A stretch of 64,000 nucleotides of DNA from Intestinicryptomonas porci (GCF_033971905.1 NZ_JALBUT010000004.1:136942-200941), one strand, 5' to 3'. Counted from the stretch's first letter, positions 28,218 to 38,563 are shown. Made by a program: numbers and translations. Notes: generated by a model from the letters alone, not told the origin.

Positions 28218-29384
28218 TTAATCATCATACTGTAAAAACTTTACATCTCCCTTTCCCGTAAAAACGCCTTCTAATATTATGTTTTTGCAAGAAAGCGATT
28301 TAATGTCAAATTTGCGATAATATTCATTAAAGCCAATTACAAAGAAGGCAAAAGGTTCGTTTAGAGAGAAAACATCAGGTTTTTTCCCTCCACCGAAAAT
28401 GCTTGTATATAAATTTGTTGCACTTGCAACTACACCATTTCTATCAAAACGTATCTTATTTTGTGAATTTGTTTGCACAAAGTTTTTTAGCCCCAAAACG
28501 AGTTCCGCATTGAGAGAAAATATATCCTTTACCCCTAACTTTGAGATGGCCTCTATACTGTCTTTTTCTTTTGTGAAAATTTCAAAAGCAGGCATTTTAA
28601 TACGCAACTTTTTTCTTGTTGCCTTGTGGAAGAATTCGTCAAATTCTCCTTCGGTTAAGTCTCTGAAAGAATAACCGTTTTTTGGCTTTGCAAAAAGCAC
28701 ACCGCCTGAATCAAAAAAATTGTCGAATACAAATATAAACTTTTCGTTTTCGAAGTAAAAAGAATGAATATCTTTATACAAAAATTCCACATTCAATGCA
28801 TCGCTTACCGAACGATAAAACATCATTTTTTTGCTTCTATCATAAACTCTCTCCCAAAAACATTTTAAATATAAATTGCTAAACAGGAGCAAATCGAGTT
28901 TTTCAGTAGGAAGATTTATGTCGATTTTCTCGCCCATGCCAAGCGTATGTTTTTCAATGAGATTATTTATTTGTTCTGTTTGGTTTTCAGACAAATTTTC
29001 TACATGATTGATTTTACTAAAAACCGAATCAATAATATCGAGGTCTTTTATCTTTTTAAAAAAGTCTTCAGAGGCAAAAATCGCAACTCTCTTATCTATG
29101 AAATTTATTCTACTACCATGATCTTTTATGATAATTTGAGAGGGATTGTATTCGAAAAACTCATAGGAATTAAAAAGGGCTTCCAATTCTTTCAGAGCTT
29201 TGCCACTTGCAAATTTGGAAAGAATTTCAAGATGGTCGGAAAATAAAAGCGGTGAAACTAAAAAACTATCACCGTTTGAAACTTCGAGCATTTTGTCAAA
29301 ATACGCAAAATTAAACGACTTTTTCCCTGATGCAAATGCGGTAAATATATAAATAAATATCCAAAATATCAAAAACTTTTTCAT
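28218..29384 (-). CDS. serpin-like serine protease inhibitor (secreted)
   Basis: A signal peptide is followed by an N-terminal FLVSPLLFSDHLEIL block, a hinge-like NGVVASATN, and then FSLNEPFAFFVI (compare serpin F-x-x-D/N-R-P-F-L-F-x-I) and a C-terminal IILEGVFTG. Confidence 0.6.
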   Translation of the reverse strand: MKKFLIFWIFIYIFTAFASGKKSFNFAYFDKMLEVSNGDSFLVSPLLFSDHLEILSKFASGKALKELEALFNSYEFFEYNPSQIIIKDHGSRINFIDKRVAIFASEDFFKKIKDLDIIDSVFSKINHVENLSENQTEQINNLIEKHTLGMGEKIDINLPTEKLDLLLFSNLYLKCFWERVYDRSKKMMFYRSVSDALNVEFLYKDIHSFYFENEKFIFVFDNFFDSGGVLFAKPKNGYSFRDLTEGEFDEFFHKATRKKLRIKMPAFEIFTKEKDSIEAISKLGVKDIFSLNAELVLGLKNFVQTNSQNKIRFDRNGVVASATNLYTSIFGGGKKPDVFSLNEPFAFFVIGFNEYYRKFDIKSLSCKNIILEGVFTGKGDVKFLQYDD

Positions 29385-29443
29385 TTCTTCTAAATTTTAT
29401 ATTTAGATAAATGAATAACAAGATTAAAAATGGCAGAATGCAT

Positions 29444-30874
29444 TTATAAATTTCTGTCGGAAGAAATTTTGTAGTTTTTCATTATTCGCGGCAGGGAGTC
29501 TTTCAGATTTTTTATGTCAACGATTATTTTTATTCCGTTATTGCTTTCCATGATGAAAAAGCCTTCGTTTTGCAAATCGTACATTTTAGCAAGCTCTTTC
29601 AGGTTTTTCACTTTTTTGCCGTTTACGGATTTTAAAATCAAGTTTCCGACTCCCTTGTAGCCTTCGGTTGACACGTCGCCCAAAGTTTGCGCAAGAATTA
29701 TCGTTTCTTCGTCGGCGTCGGAGTTTGTCTTTGAGAAAAGAACCGACATTTCATCGGGCACTCTCCGATATTCGTCGAGAAGGCTTAGCGAAAGTTTCGT
29801 AAACACAAAACCGCCGACAAGCAGGTATTCGGGCGATTTGTTGTAGTAGTGCGGCGCAATTTTATGCATTGCGGCTTTAAGTTCCACATCGGCTTCAAGC
29901 TCTTTGCCGTCTCTTAGCAGGCGCAATTTCACGGTGTCGCCAAGGCGCTTGCGGTCGGTTATGACGCCGAATGAAACATTTTCTCCGCTTTCGGCAACTA
30001 CATTTCCGTTGTTTAAAATTTTAAATCCGTCAATCGATAAAATCACATCTCCCTCTTTCAAATTTAAATCGGCATTCGCGAAAGTTTCCACAATCATAAC
30101 CCCGCTATGATGTTTTTTCATCTTCAAAAATCTTCTGGTATCCGCCGACTGCAATGTTTGGTATGTTATGCACAAACTGCCAAACCCTTTTATTTCTCCG
30201 GATTTTACTTCGCTTAAAAAGTGTTTTATGATGTCGGTATGAATCATGTATCCCAGCCCCTCCCCCTCTTTGAAGCCCTGGAATGCAATGCCTACTATTT
30301 TGTTTTTAAAGAGAATGGGGCCTCCGCTGTTCCCCGGATTTATAGCGGCGTCAAGTTGGGCTGCGATATGATTCATGTACGGATATTGGGCGTATTGCAT
30401 TGACTCGATTCTTGAAATAATCCCCTGCGTCACCGAAATGCCGTCTCCGCCCATCGGATAGCCCACAACAAAGACAGGAGTTTGTGCGGGAGGCGTATTG
30501 CCGATTTCAAAAGGTTTAATTCCGTCAAAAAAAGACTTGTCTTCGACTTCGAGCAAGGCGAGGTCGCACTGGTGGTTGACTGCTTTTACTTTTGCAGGCA
30601 CGGGAATTCCGTTTTGCTCGCGTTCAACTGCGATGTAAGTCGCGTCGGCAATATTGTGCGAGTTTGTCAAAATATAGTTGCCTTCTATCACGACGCCGCT
30701 TCCGCTTGCGGCACTCTGTTCACCCGTGCGCCATGGAGAAAAGAAGTCGGGCGAACAGGAAACGGCTTCGATTTTCACAACGCCGCTTAATTGGTTTGAA
30801 TTTTGCGCGGCAGCCTGCAAGGAAAAAACAGCTGATGATAAGATGAGAAACAATCGTTTAAAAAAAATTGTCAT
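29444..30874 (-). CDS. exported trypsin-like serine protease with C-terminal PDZ-like region (HtrA/DegP-like)
   Basis: A signal peptide is followed by catalytic His in LTNSHNI and the Ser motif GNSGGPI. Confidence 0.75.
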   Translation of the reverse strand: MTIFFKRLFLILSSAVFSLQAAAQNSNQLSGVVKIEAVSCSPDFFSPWRTGEQSAASGSGVVIEGNYILTNSHNIADATYIAVEREQNGIPVPAKVKAVNHQCDLALLEVEDKSFFDGIKPFEIGNTPPAQTPVFVVGYPMGGDGISVTQGIISRIESMQYAQYPYMNHIAAQLDAAINPGNSGGPILFKNKIVGIAFQGFKEGEGLGYMIHTDIIKHFLSEVKSGEIKGFGSLCITYQTLQSADTRRFLKMKKHHSGVMIVETFANADLNLKEGDVILSIDGFKILNNGNVVAESGENVSFGVITDRKRLGDTVKLRLLRDGKELEADVELKAAMHKIAPHYYNKSPEYLLVGGFVFTKLSLSLLDEYRRVPDEMSVLFSKTNSDADEETIILAQTLGDVSTEGYKGVGNLILKSVNGKKVKNLKELAKMYDLQNEGFFIMESNNGIKIIVDIKNLKDSLPRIMKNYKISSDRNL

Positions 30875-30990
30875 ATGTCGGAAATTTAAAATTTTACTTA
30901 AATAAATTTAAAAAATATAAATACAAAGCGACGGCAAATAAAATCAAAAAAAATTTGAAATTTGTTTTTCTTAAAAAAAAACTAAAAGAT

Positions 30991-31041
30991 AAAAAAACGG
31001 AGGCGATTAAAGCCTCCGCCTCTGTTCGGTTTTATTTTTTT
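30991..31041. terminator. bidirectional rho-independent terminator
   Basis: An A7 run, then the 7-bp stem cggaggc/gcctccg, then ttttattttttt. Confidence 0.65.
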
Positions 31042-31306
31042 GATATATAAAATCCGCAACATTTTGGAGAAAGAGAGTTTGTCGATTGCAATATCTTGCC
31101 GCACCGAATGCAATGGTATGTATAAACCTGCTGGGCGAAAGAATATATTCCCGCCAAAAACAATGCCGATATTATTGCGATTTTTATTTTTTTTGTCATA
31201 ATTGCCTTCCTGTTTTTAGAGTGTTATACAAGTAATTCGCAAAAACAAAAAAAATCTCACGCATTAAAAAAAATTTTTTTTAAGAAGGAGATAAAAAAAT
31301 GCGCTT

Positions 31307-31337
31307 CGGATTAAATTGTATAAAGCAATTTAATCCG
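31307..31337 (-). terminator. hairpin immediately downstream of the flotillin stop codon
   Basis: A perfect 12-bp stem cggattaaattg/caatttaatccg with loop tataaag is followed, on the minus strand, by a T7 run 6 nt later. Confidence 0.5.
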
Positions 31338-31339
31338 AC

Positions 31340-32662
31340 CTATTTTGAAGCTTTTGGATTTTCCGAAGACGATTTGTCAAGAAATTGCTTTATGAGAGCC
31401 TTGCCCGTATCGGTATTTGCCAAAGCTTCGAGCATACCGCCTATCGCGGTGCCGCCTTTAGGGGAAAAGACTTCCCTTACCGAATTTACGCCGGAATCAA
31501 TATCGCCCGCATTCGCAATGACTTTTATTTGAGCCTTGCCCAAATTTTTTGCCTGTTCAATGCCGACAGCCTGGTTTGCGCGAACTTGTTCTATGCGGAT
31601 TAAATATTCCTGATACGGCTTGTTTTCGCCGATTTTTGCCGCAAGTTCGGTTTGGGCGGTTACGCTTGCAAGCTGGTCAAGCTCTTTTGCCTTTGCCATC
31701 GCCTTGCCTTCGGCTTCTATGCCGCTCGCCTCTTTTTGCTTTGCTGACAAATTGGCGTCGGCTATGGTGGTGATGACCTTTGCCTCCTGTTCCGCCTTGA
31801 TAATTTCGGCTTGGCGCCTTATTTCAGCCTGCTTGACTTCTTGGACTCTCGCAACTTCCATCTCTTTTTCTTTTGTGAGCTTGGCTTGCGAGGCAATTTC
31901 CTGCTGCGCGATTTGGTCTTGTATGCCGACAGCCTGGTTGACTTCCGCCTTCCTTTTGCCGACGGCTTCCGCCGCATCCTGCGCCTTGACTTCGATAATT
32001 CTCTGCGCCTCGATTTCAGCGGTTTTTGCAATTTGCCTGTTCTTGGCGACTTCTATGCGTGATTCCTTTTCAATGTCCGACTTCTTCTTTGCCATTATGT
32101 TTGATATGACCTCTTCGCCCTTCGCGTCGCGAATATCCATAAGCTCGATGTTTTTTACAGGGACAACGCCCCATTCGTGCAACTGGTTTGAAACCGCGTT
32201 CGTAAATTTTTCGCCATAGACAGAGCGTTCCGACATAATGTCTTCAAGCTTCGCGTTCGCCATTATGGAGCGGACTGCGCCTTGAACGATGCCCTTCAAG
32301 TGGTCCTGCAACTCGCCGAAAGAACCGACTTTGTTTGCGGCTTCATTGGTGTCGGCAATTCTAAAAAACGCCTTTATGTCCAAAACAAAGGGAACCCTGT
32401 CTTGGTCGTAGGCTTCGTACGCGTCCAAATTCAAGTCGAAATTTGATACGGGAAGCTCGCGTTTTGTTATGCCGAAAACGGGAATCCATGCGGGAAATTC
32501 GTAATAAACGTTTCCGCCCGCCTGCCCTTTGCCGTATGAAATGGTTTTTCTGCTATACTGCAATATATGCACCATGTTTGTGGGTACAACCCTGCGCAGG
32601 GTAACAATCCACCAAGCAAGCGCAATTATCAATATAATGGGAATAATTATTAGTGCGGTCAT
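31340..32662 (-). CDS. SPFH/band-7 (flotillin-like) protein
   Basis: An N-terminal TM anchor and SPFH domain are followed by a long E/A/K/Q-rich coiled-coil (...EIRRQAEIIKAEQEAK...). Confidence 0.75.
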   Translation of the reverse strand: MTALIIIPIILIIALAWWIVTLRRVVPTNMVHILQYSRKTISYGKGQAGGNVYYEFPAWIPVFGITKRELPVSNFDLNLDAYEAYDQDRVPFVLDIKAFFRIADTNEAANKVGSFGELQDHLKGIVQGAVRSIMANAKLEDIMSERSVYGEKFTNAVSNQLHEWGVVPVKNIELMDIRDAKGEEVISNIMAKKKSDIEKESRIEVAKNRQIAKTAEIEAQRIIEVKAQDAAEAVGKRKAEVNQAVGIQDQIAQQEIASQAKLTKEKEMEVARVQEVKQAEIRRQAEIIKAEQEAKVITTIADANLSAKQKEASGIEAEGKAMAKAKELDQLASVTAQTELAAKIGENKPYQEYLIRIEQVRANQAVGIEQAKNLGKAQIKVIANAGDIDSGVNSVREVFSPKGGTAIGGMLEALANTDTGKALIKQFLDKSSSENPKASK

Positions 32663-32789
32663 ATTTTTATTTTGTTTTGAGAAATTATTACATATATATT
32701 TAACAGTAATTAATCAAGCTTTTAAGAAATCTAAATTTGTAATTTCCCCAAATGTTGAAAGTTTAATCTCCAACTTAAAAAATAGAGTT

Positions 32790-33950
32790 TTAATATCCGG
32801 GACCATACATAATATCAAATTTGTACACGGATTTTGAAGTAAAAACTTCCCCGGGCGTTATCAGGGTCGGCGGGAAAAAGTTTTTTTGGTTTGGTTGGTC
32901 GGGGTGATGCTGTGGCTCAATTACAAAACCCGCATATTTGTGGTAATATTTCCCGTTAGCGCCTTTTATGGTTCCGTCAAACCCCTGCCCTGTGTAAAGC
33001 TGCAGGCAAGGCTCTTCGGTGTAAACTTCGAGAGTTCTTCCGCTTTTGGGGCAGGTTATCTTGCAGGCCAACCCCAAGGTGTCAACGGGTTTGTTCAGCA
33101 CAAAATTATGGTCGTATGCGCCGCCTCCCATTTTTAGGGCGAGCTGCGGATGGTTTACATTAAGCCTCTGTCCTATTGCCATTGAATCCAACGTAAAGTC
33201 AAAAGGCGTATCTTTTACCGAGAGCAAATGTCCTGTCGGTATCAGCTCTTCGTTTACGGGAGTGATATAATTTGCGTTGATTTTTAAATGGTGCGTCAAA
33301 ATACTTCCATTGCCCGCGCCGGCAAGGTTGAAATAAGGATGCCATGTGAGGTTGCAAACCGTAGGCTTGTCAGTTGAGACTTGGTATTCGATGGTAAAGT
33401 TGTTGTCGTTATCGAGCTTGTATATTGCAACGACGTCCATATTTCCCGGATAGCCCATGTCTCCGTCGGGGCTTCTCAATGTAAACTTTACTCCTGCAAA
33501 CTTTTCACCCGACAAATCCTTCCCTTTGATTTCTTCGGCTTTCCAAACTTTTCTGTAAAAGCCCTGAGAGCCTCCGTGCAGGGAATTTTTGCCCTCGTTT
33601 GCGTCAACAGTATAAACTTCATCCCCTATTTTGAACTGCGATTTTGCCAAACGGTTGCCGTACCTTCCGACAATCGGACCCAAAAAGTTCTTGTTCTTTT
33701 CGTAAGAAGAAATGTCAGGGAGATTTAAAACGACGTTTTCAAAATTTCCGTTCTTATCGGGAACAACCACGTCCGTCACTGTTGCGCCGTAAGTGATTGC
33801 CTTAACTTCCATTCCGTTTGAATTTTTTATCGTGTAGCATTCGACTTTCTCGCCGGACGAAGTTGTGCCGTAATATTCGACTTTGACGCTCTGCGCAAAC
33901 AAAACCGCGCAACCAATGACCGCCAGAATTGAAACAATTTGTTTTTTCAT
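32790..33950 (-). CDS. aldose 1-epimerase (galactose mutarotase family), exported
   Basis: A signal peptide precedes a typical mutarotase beta-sandwich sequence (…LHGG.. / …HPYFNL…). Confidence 0.7.
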   Translation of the reverse strand: MKKQIVSILAVIGCAVLFAQSVKVEYYGTTSSGEKVECYTIKNSNGMEVKAITYGATVTDVVVPDKNGNFENVVLNLPDISSYEKNKNFLGPIVGRYGNRLAKSQFKIGDEVYTVDANEGKNSLHGGSQGFYRKVWKAEEIKGKDLSGEKFAGVKFTLRSPDGDMGYPGNMDVVAIYKLDNDNNFTIEYQVSTDKPTVCNLTWHPYFNLAGAGNGSILTHHLKINANYITPVNEELIPTGHLLSVKDTPFDFTLDSMAIGQRLNVNHPQLALKMGGGAYDHNFVLNKPVDTLGLACKITCPKSGRTLEVYTEEPCLQLYTGQGFDGTIKGANGKYYHKYAGFVIEPQHHPDQPNQKNFFPPTLITPGEVFTSKSVYKFDIMYGPGY

Positions 33951-33984
33951 TGCCGTATGAATTTATTTGCTTGATAAAATTTAT

Positions 33985-34023
33985 CTTAAAGAAAAACCGC
34001 AGTTTATGTAAAGAATAAACTGC
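33985..34023 (-). terminator. rho-independent terminator after the lipocalin gene
   Basis: The 9-bp stem gcagtttat/ataaactgc is followed by a T-run on the minus strand. Confidence 0.55.
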
Positions 34024-34049
34024 TTGGCAAATATCGCGGCAATTCTGTT

Positions 34050-34589
34050 TTATTTCGGGATTAAATCTTTGTTAAACAAAAGCTTGGAAACGTCGTAATT
34101 TCGTTCTTTTGCAAGGTTTATGATTTTGTTGAGAGTTTCGGCGTCCATTTGCGGAATTCTCGAAAGTATCCACAAGTACTTTTTGCCGTTTCCGCCAACT
34201 AATGCCCATTGGTAGTCTTCATCCAATTCCAAAATGAAATAATTGGCGTAAAACGGTCTGAAAAAACTAATTCTAAGCTTTGAAAAATCTTTTGGGTCCG
34301 GAGCATAGCCTCTGGCGGAAGCCGAAACCTTGCGCCCGTTTTTGTCGGTTGCGGAATTTATTATAAAAACAGTGCCGTCGCGGTTTAATTTGTAAAACGC
34401 CTGCGAATTGTATTTGCCGCGCTGAAACGAAGTGTCCAATCGGGCGATTTCATGCCATGTACCCATATATTTGTTTATGTCAACATTTCGGGCGGTCTTT
34501 ACATTTGAAAACATTCCTCTGCATGCGAATACGAGAGCCGCAACGCACGCCAAAAGCATAATGATTATCAAAATAATGTTCGCTTCCAC
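34050..34589 (-). CDS. blc: bacterial lipocalin (Blc-like)
   Basis: An N-terminal lipoprotein-type signal is followed by the motif YMGTWHEIARLD. Confidence 0.75.
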   Translation of the reverse strand: MEANIILIIIMLLACVAALVFACRGMFSNVKTARNVDINKYMGTWHEIARLDTSFQRGKYNSQAFYKLNRDGTVFIINSATDKNGRKVSASARGYAPDPKDFSKLRISFFRPFYANYFILELDEDYQWALVGGNGKKYLWILSRIPQMDAETLNKIINLAKERNYDVSKLLFNKDLIPK

Positions 34590-34647
34590 AATTATTTATT
34601 CGGCATTTTTATTGACGCGTAAAAAAATAATATGCTAAAAATAAATT

Positions 34648-35955
34648 ATGAGTAATTTTGAAAAACGCCTGCTTGACAAATTGCCCGAATATTACGATGC
34701 AGGGCTCATTGACACATTCTCGGAACAGCGTTTGAGGAGCTATTTGAGCGAAAAATCAGCAGCTTCGGGGAAATTTTTTACCACTCTTTCAATTTACATT
34801 CTTGCGGCCGCGGTCGCGATTTTGGGGGTATTTTTGCTTTTGCAATATAACTGGGAAAATTTCCAAGACGTTACAAAACTTGTTATCGGCTTTATCCCTC
34901 TTCTTTTTTCTGCGGTTTTCGGAATTTTGTATTTTGCAAAATTTTTTAAGAATGCGCTATTTGCCGACATTGCCGCGATTTTAAACCTCCTCGGGGTAAT
35001 AGCGGCAGTTCTTATAACAAACGACGTGTTTTATCTTTACGGAAGCGAATATCATGCGTGGGCGACCATAATTTTAACAGCCTTGCCGATTCCCTTTATT
35101 TTCAGGTCTTCGCTTTCCGCGCTGTTTTTAATTATTTTGACGCTTTCTAATTCCCATTTTGAAACTGCTGAAATTCAAAATCTCTTTTGTTTTACAAACG
35201 TAATATTGGCGTTTTTTATTTATAAAAAATCATATGACGACACGAGGGCTGTAAATTTTGTTTCGTACATTTTATTGTGCCTAATTTTGCCATTCATATT
35301 TTTTGTTTCCGACATTTTTTCAGCGTTTGTAAATGACGCAACATTTTTTGCGTTGGGAGCCGCAATTCCGCTTTTAAAATTTGCAAAGCAAAAAGAGATT
35401 AAAGATGTTTTCCCGATATGTTTTTCGTGGATTTGGATTATAGCGTTTGTATATATATTTTATTGCGGAAGCGTATATTTTAACACAACGCTTTCCATAC
35501 GCGCTTTTTTTGAAAGCTTAAAAGAAATGCATAATTTGAACTTTCTGGCAATAGGAAGTTTTTATGCGGCAAATTTCTATTTCGTTTGCAAATTTTTCAA
35601 GTCGCTTTTCGACAAGGAAACAAACAAAGCTTATGTAGTACTCTCCGCCGTTGGCTTTTTCCCGATATTTCTTCTTAGCACAATGGAAGAAAAAGTTGAC
35701 ATAAATACGGTACAAAATTTTATTTGCGCCTATGTGTTTTTAAGCGCGTTTGCATTCGTCCTTTCTGCAATAAGGCGCAAGAGTTTCGTACTTTTAAACT
35801 GCGGGTCTTTGCTTGTTGTGGTTTGGGCAGTTTCAAAGTTTTTTAGCGATAATTTGGATTCTCTTTCTGTGTCAAAGTCGCTGCTTATTGCAGGACTAAT
35901 CATTGCCGCTTTAAATTTTAGTTTAAGCAAGCTCTTAAAAAACATCGGGGAATAA
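34648..35955 (+). CDS. polytopic membrane protein, DUF2157-like
   Basis: A short cytoplasmic N-terminal helix-rich segment precedes 10 or more predicted TM helices. No catalytic motif was recognised. Confidence 0.4.
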   Translation: MSNFEKRLLDKLPEYYDAGLIDTFSEQRLRSYLSEKSAASGKFFTTLSIYILAAAVAILGVFLLLQYNWENFQDVTKLVIGFIPLLFSAVFGILYFAKFFKNALFADIAAILNLLGVIAAVLITNDVFYLYGSEYHAWATIILTALPIPFIFRSSLSALFLIILTLSNSHFETAEIQNLFCFTNVILAFFIYKKSYDDTRAVNFVSYILLCLILPFIFFVSDIFSAFVNDATFFALGAAIPLLKFAKQKEIKDVFPICFSWIWIIAFVYIFYCGSVYFNTTLSIRAFFESLKEMHNLNFLAIGSFYAANFYFVCKFFKSLFDKETNKAYVVLSAVGFFPIFLLSTMEEKVDINTVQNFICAYVFLSAFAFVLSAIRRKSFVLLNCGSLLVVVWAVSKFFSDNLDSLSVSKSLLIAGLIIAALNFSLSKLLKNIGE

Positions 35956-35959
35956 TGCT

Positions 35960-36385
35960 ATGAAAAAAATACCGCTTTTAATTTTATTTATAGTTGTAAT
36001 TCTAATACAAGCTTCTCTTCCCTTAAACACAATAACAAGCCAGTACATTACAAGAAAATACGGAGTAGAAGTGCTTGAAGATATTAAAACGGGCAACAAT
36101 CGAATATACAATGATGAACACTATATTAAATTTGGCAAAAATGAAAAGATTTTCCTAAAAAAGGAAGTTGCAGAAATCTTAAAAGATAGGAATGTCAACC
36201 TAAAGACACATAGTATAAAATTAAAAGTCAAAACTTTGGGAGAAAAAAGAAGCATTGAAGATTTGATAATAGAAGGCATTGCCTTGAAAAATCCGTCAAA
36301 AGAAGATTTGGAACTTCTAAAAACCAGACTTTCAAAACAATCCGAAAGCGCACAAAAAAACAGTGATGAAATTTCGGAAAAGTAA
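35960..36385 (+). CDS. small exported Lys/Glu-rich protein of unknown function
   Basis: A signal/anchor (MKKIPLLILFIVVILIQA) is present. The gene starts 5 nt after the upstream membrane-protein gene. Confidence 0.4.
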   Translation: MKKIPLLILFIVVILIQASLPLNTITSQYITRKYGVEVLEDIKTGNNRIYNDEHYIKFGKNEKIFLKKEVAEILKDRNVNLKTHSIKLKVKTLGEKRSIEDLIIEGIALKNPSKEDLELLKTRLSKQSESAQKNSDEISEK

Positions 36386-36401
36386 TACAGTTTTGCCATG
36401 C

Positions 36402-36440
36402 AAAAAAAACCGCAGCGTTTAAACTGCGGTTTTTATTTTA
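36402..36440. terminator. bidirectional rho-independent terminator
   Basis: An A8 run, then stem ccgcag/ctgcgg (loop cgtttaaa), then tttttatttt. Confidence 0.65.
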
Positions 36441-37217
36441 TTAAAAACCTCTCTGGCTCGGCTCTTTTGCAAACGCTATTATCGACTTTAAAACTCTCGA
36501 AGTTTGAGCTTGCGGGTGCTCTTCCAATGCCGCAATAGCGTGCTTGCGCGAAAGCCCCCTCTTGTAAATCGTTTTAAAAGCGTAAAAAGCGAGATTTATT
36601 TCTTCTTCCGAAAAATTATTGCGCTGCATGTTCAGCTTGTTTATGGAACATGGAACTGCGGGGAAGCCGTCCGACATCATAAATGGAGGTATGTCTTTCG
36701 AGCCCTTAGAGCAACCGCCAAGCATCGAATATTCTCCGACTCTCGAAAACTGGTGAAGCCCCGCATTCCAGCCTATAACCGCGTGGTCGTCAACTCTGAC
36801 GTGCCCGCCGAGAGCCGTATGCGCGCTCATAATCACGAAATTACCCACAACACAGTCATGCGCAACATGGCTGTAAGCGATGAAAAGATTGTTATTGCCA
36901 ATTGTGGTAAAAGTGTTGTCGGCAGTGGCAAGATGCGCGGTCGTGTATTCCCTGAATACGTTGTTATCTCCTATTACAAGCCCCGTTTTTCCGCCTTTAT
37001 ATTTAAGGTCGTTTGTCTTGCCCCCGATGAAGGCATACGGAAAAACCTGGTTGTTTTTGCCCATTTTCGTAAACCCGTCAACGGTGGCATGGTGCGCAAT
37101 AATTGTGCCCGCTCCCAGCTCCACTTCCGAGCCTATATAGGCGTACGCTCCAATTTCGACATCGTCTGCGAGTTTTGCTCCGTCCTCAATGATTGCAGTT
37201 GGATGAATTTTCGGCAT
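36441..37217 (-). CDS. lpxA: acyl-ACP--UDP-N-acetylglucosamine O-acyltransferase
   Basis: The N-terminal PKIHPTAIIEDGAKLADDVEIGAYAYIG shows the hexapeptide-repeat left-handed beta-helix, and the product is 258 aa. Confidence 0.85.
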   Translation of the reverse strand: MPKIHPTAIIEDGAKLADDVEIGAYAYIGSEVELGAGTIIAHHATVDGFTKMGKNNQVFPYAFIGGKTNDLKYKGGKTGLVIGDNNVFREYTTAHLATADNTFTTIGNNNLFIAYSHVAHDCVVGNFVIMSAHTALGGHVRVDDHAVIGWNAGLHQFSRVGEYSMLGGCSKGSKDIPPFMMSDGFPAVPCSINKLNMQRNNFSEEEINLAFYAFKTIYKRGLSRKHAIAALEEHPQAQTSRVLKSIIAFAKEPSQRGF

Positions 37218-37231
37218 ATTTTTAAGTTAAA

Positions 37232-38563
37232 TTAGTACGCGCTTGCGGAATCCACGAGGGTAAACATCAATGTCGCCGAGCTTACGGGCTTGCCGCCAAC
37301 TTTGCATACGGCTTCCGCCGTGGCGATTTTGTTGTTTTTCACTTGCATAATTTTCGCCTCGATTTCGAGTTGGTCTCCGGGAATTACGGGTTTTCTGAAT
37401 TTCACCTTGTCCGCGCTCATAAAGAATGCGATTTTCCCTTCCGCGGATACCCTGCGGAACATCAGAATGCCCGCCGCCTGCGCCATTGCTTCGAGTTGCA
37501 AGACGCCCGGCATTACGGGATTTCCGGGGAAGTGCCCCTGAAAGAACGGCTCGTTTATCGTTACGTTTTTAATCGCAGTGATTTCGTCTTCGCCCCTTAC
37601 GTCTATTATGCGGTCTATCATTATGAATGGATAGCGATGCGGCATAAGGTCGATTATTCTGCGGATGTCCAAAAAGTTTTCAGTAAAAATTTTGGTCTGC
37701 GGCAAAGCTTCTTTTTTTTTCGGAGAGGCTTCCGCGTCTTTCATCTGCTCAAAGATTTTAGATGTAAGCTTTGCGTTGAAAGCGTGCCCGGGGCGGATTG
37801 CAATGATGTGCGCCTTCAAGCGGACGCCGAGAAGCGATATGTCGCCCAAAATGTCCAAAATCTTGTGGCGCACAAATTCGTCCTGATAGCGCAAAGGCTC
37901 TTTTGAAAGTATTTTGTCGCCTTTTATCACGATTGCGGAATCCAAACTTCCGCCCTGTATTTTCCCCATTTTAAGAAGAGCCTCTATGTCTTCGTAAACA
38001 GTGAAAGTGCGGGCGGGAGCGATGCCACTTGCATAGGTTTCGGCGTCAATGTCGAGAGAAAGGTGCTGTGTGTGAATTCCGCGGTCGTCTGCGGAAGTGC
38101 AGGTAATTTTAAGACCGTCGTAAGGAAGAGCTATTATCGAACGGTTGCCTTCGCTTATGGAAAGGGGCGATTTGAGTTCGTAATACTTTCTTTCGGCGTC
38201 CTGCTCGACAGGCTCTGCCTGTAAAATCAAATTGACGAACAATTTTGAAGATCCGTCCAAAATCGGAGGCTCGGCGGCGTTCATTTCGACATAAACATTG
38301 TCGATATCCATGCTCCAAAGGGCAGACATTACATGTTCTATCGTATGGAGCTTGACGTGCCCCTGCGCTATGCTCGTGTTGCGTACGAGGTCGTCAACAA
38401 GCTCTATCGACGGCTTTATTTCGGGCTTGCCGTAAATATCCGTGCGCCTGAAAACTATGCCTGTGTTCGCGGGCGCGGGTTTTAGCGTGAGCGTTACATT
38501 GGCGGCAGTGTGCAATGACGTGCCGCTTATGCTTACTTCCCTTAAAATAGTTCTTTGCTTCAT
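37232..38563 (-). CDS. lpxC: bifunctional UDP-3-O-acyl-GlcNAc deacetylase / (3R)-hydroxyacyl-ACP dehydratase (LpxC-FabZ fusion)
   Basis: An N-terminal LpxC fold is followed by a C-terminal FabZ domain with [23 protein letters not shown]. Confidence 0.85.
   Translation of the reverse strand: MKQRTILREVSISGTSLHTAANVTLTLKPAPANTGIVFRRTDIYGKPEIKPSIELVDDLVRNTSIAQGHVKLHTIEHVMSALWSMDIDNVYVEMNAAEPPILDGSSKLFVNLILQAEPVEQDAERKYYELKSPLSISEGNRSIIALPYDGLKITCTSADDRGIHTQHLSLDIDAETYASGIAPARTFTVYEDIEALLKMGKIQGGSLDSAIVIKGDKILSKEPLRYQDEFVRHKILDILGDISLLGVRLKAHIIAIRPGHAFNAKLTSKIFEQMKDAEASPKKKEALPQTKIFTENFLDIRRIIDLMPHRYPFIMIDRIIDVRGEDEITAIKNVTINEPFFQGHFPGNPVMPGVLQLEAMAQAAGILMFRRVSAEGKIAFFMSADKVKFRKPVIPGDQLEIEAKIMQVKNNKIATAEAVCKVGGKPVSSATLMFTLVDSASAY

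Noticed and set aside
31299-31532. A 77-aa plus-strand ORF with a strong SD-like aaggagat 7 nt before its ATG, antisense to the flotillin 3' end.
   Set aside because: The SD-like string is the complement of the T-rich tract of the flotillin terminator region, the ORF is entirely antisense to a conserved SPFH gene, and its product has no features.
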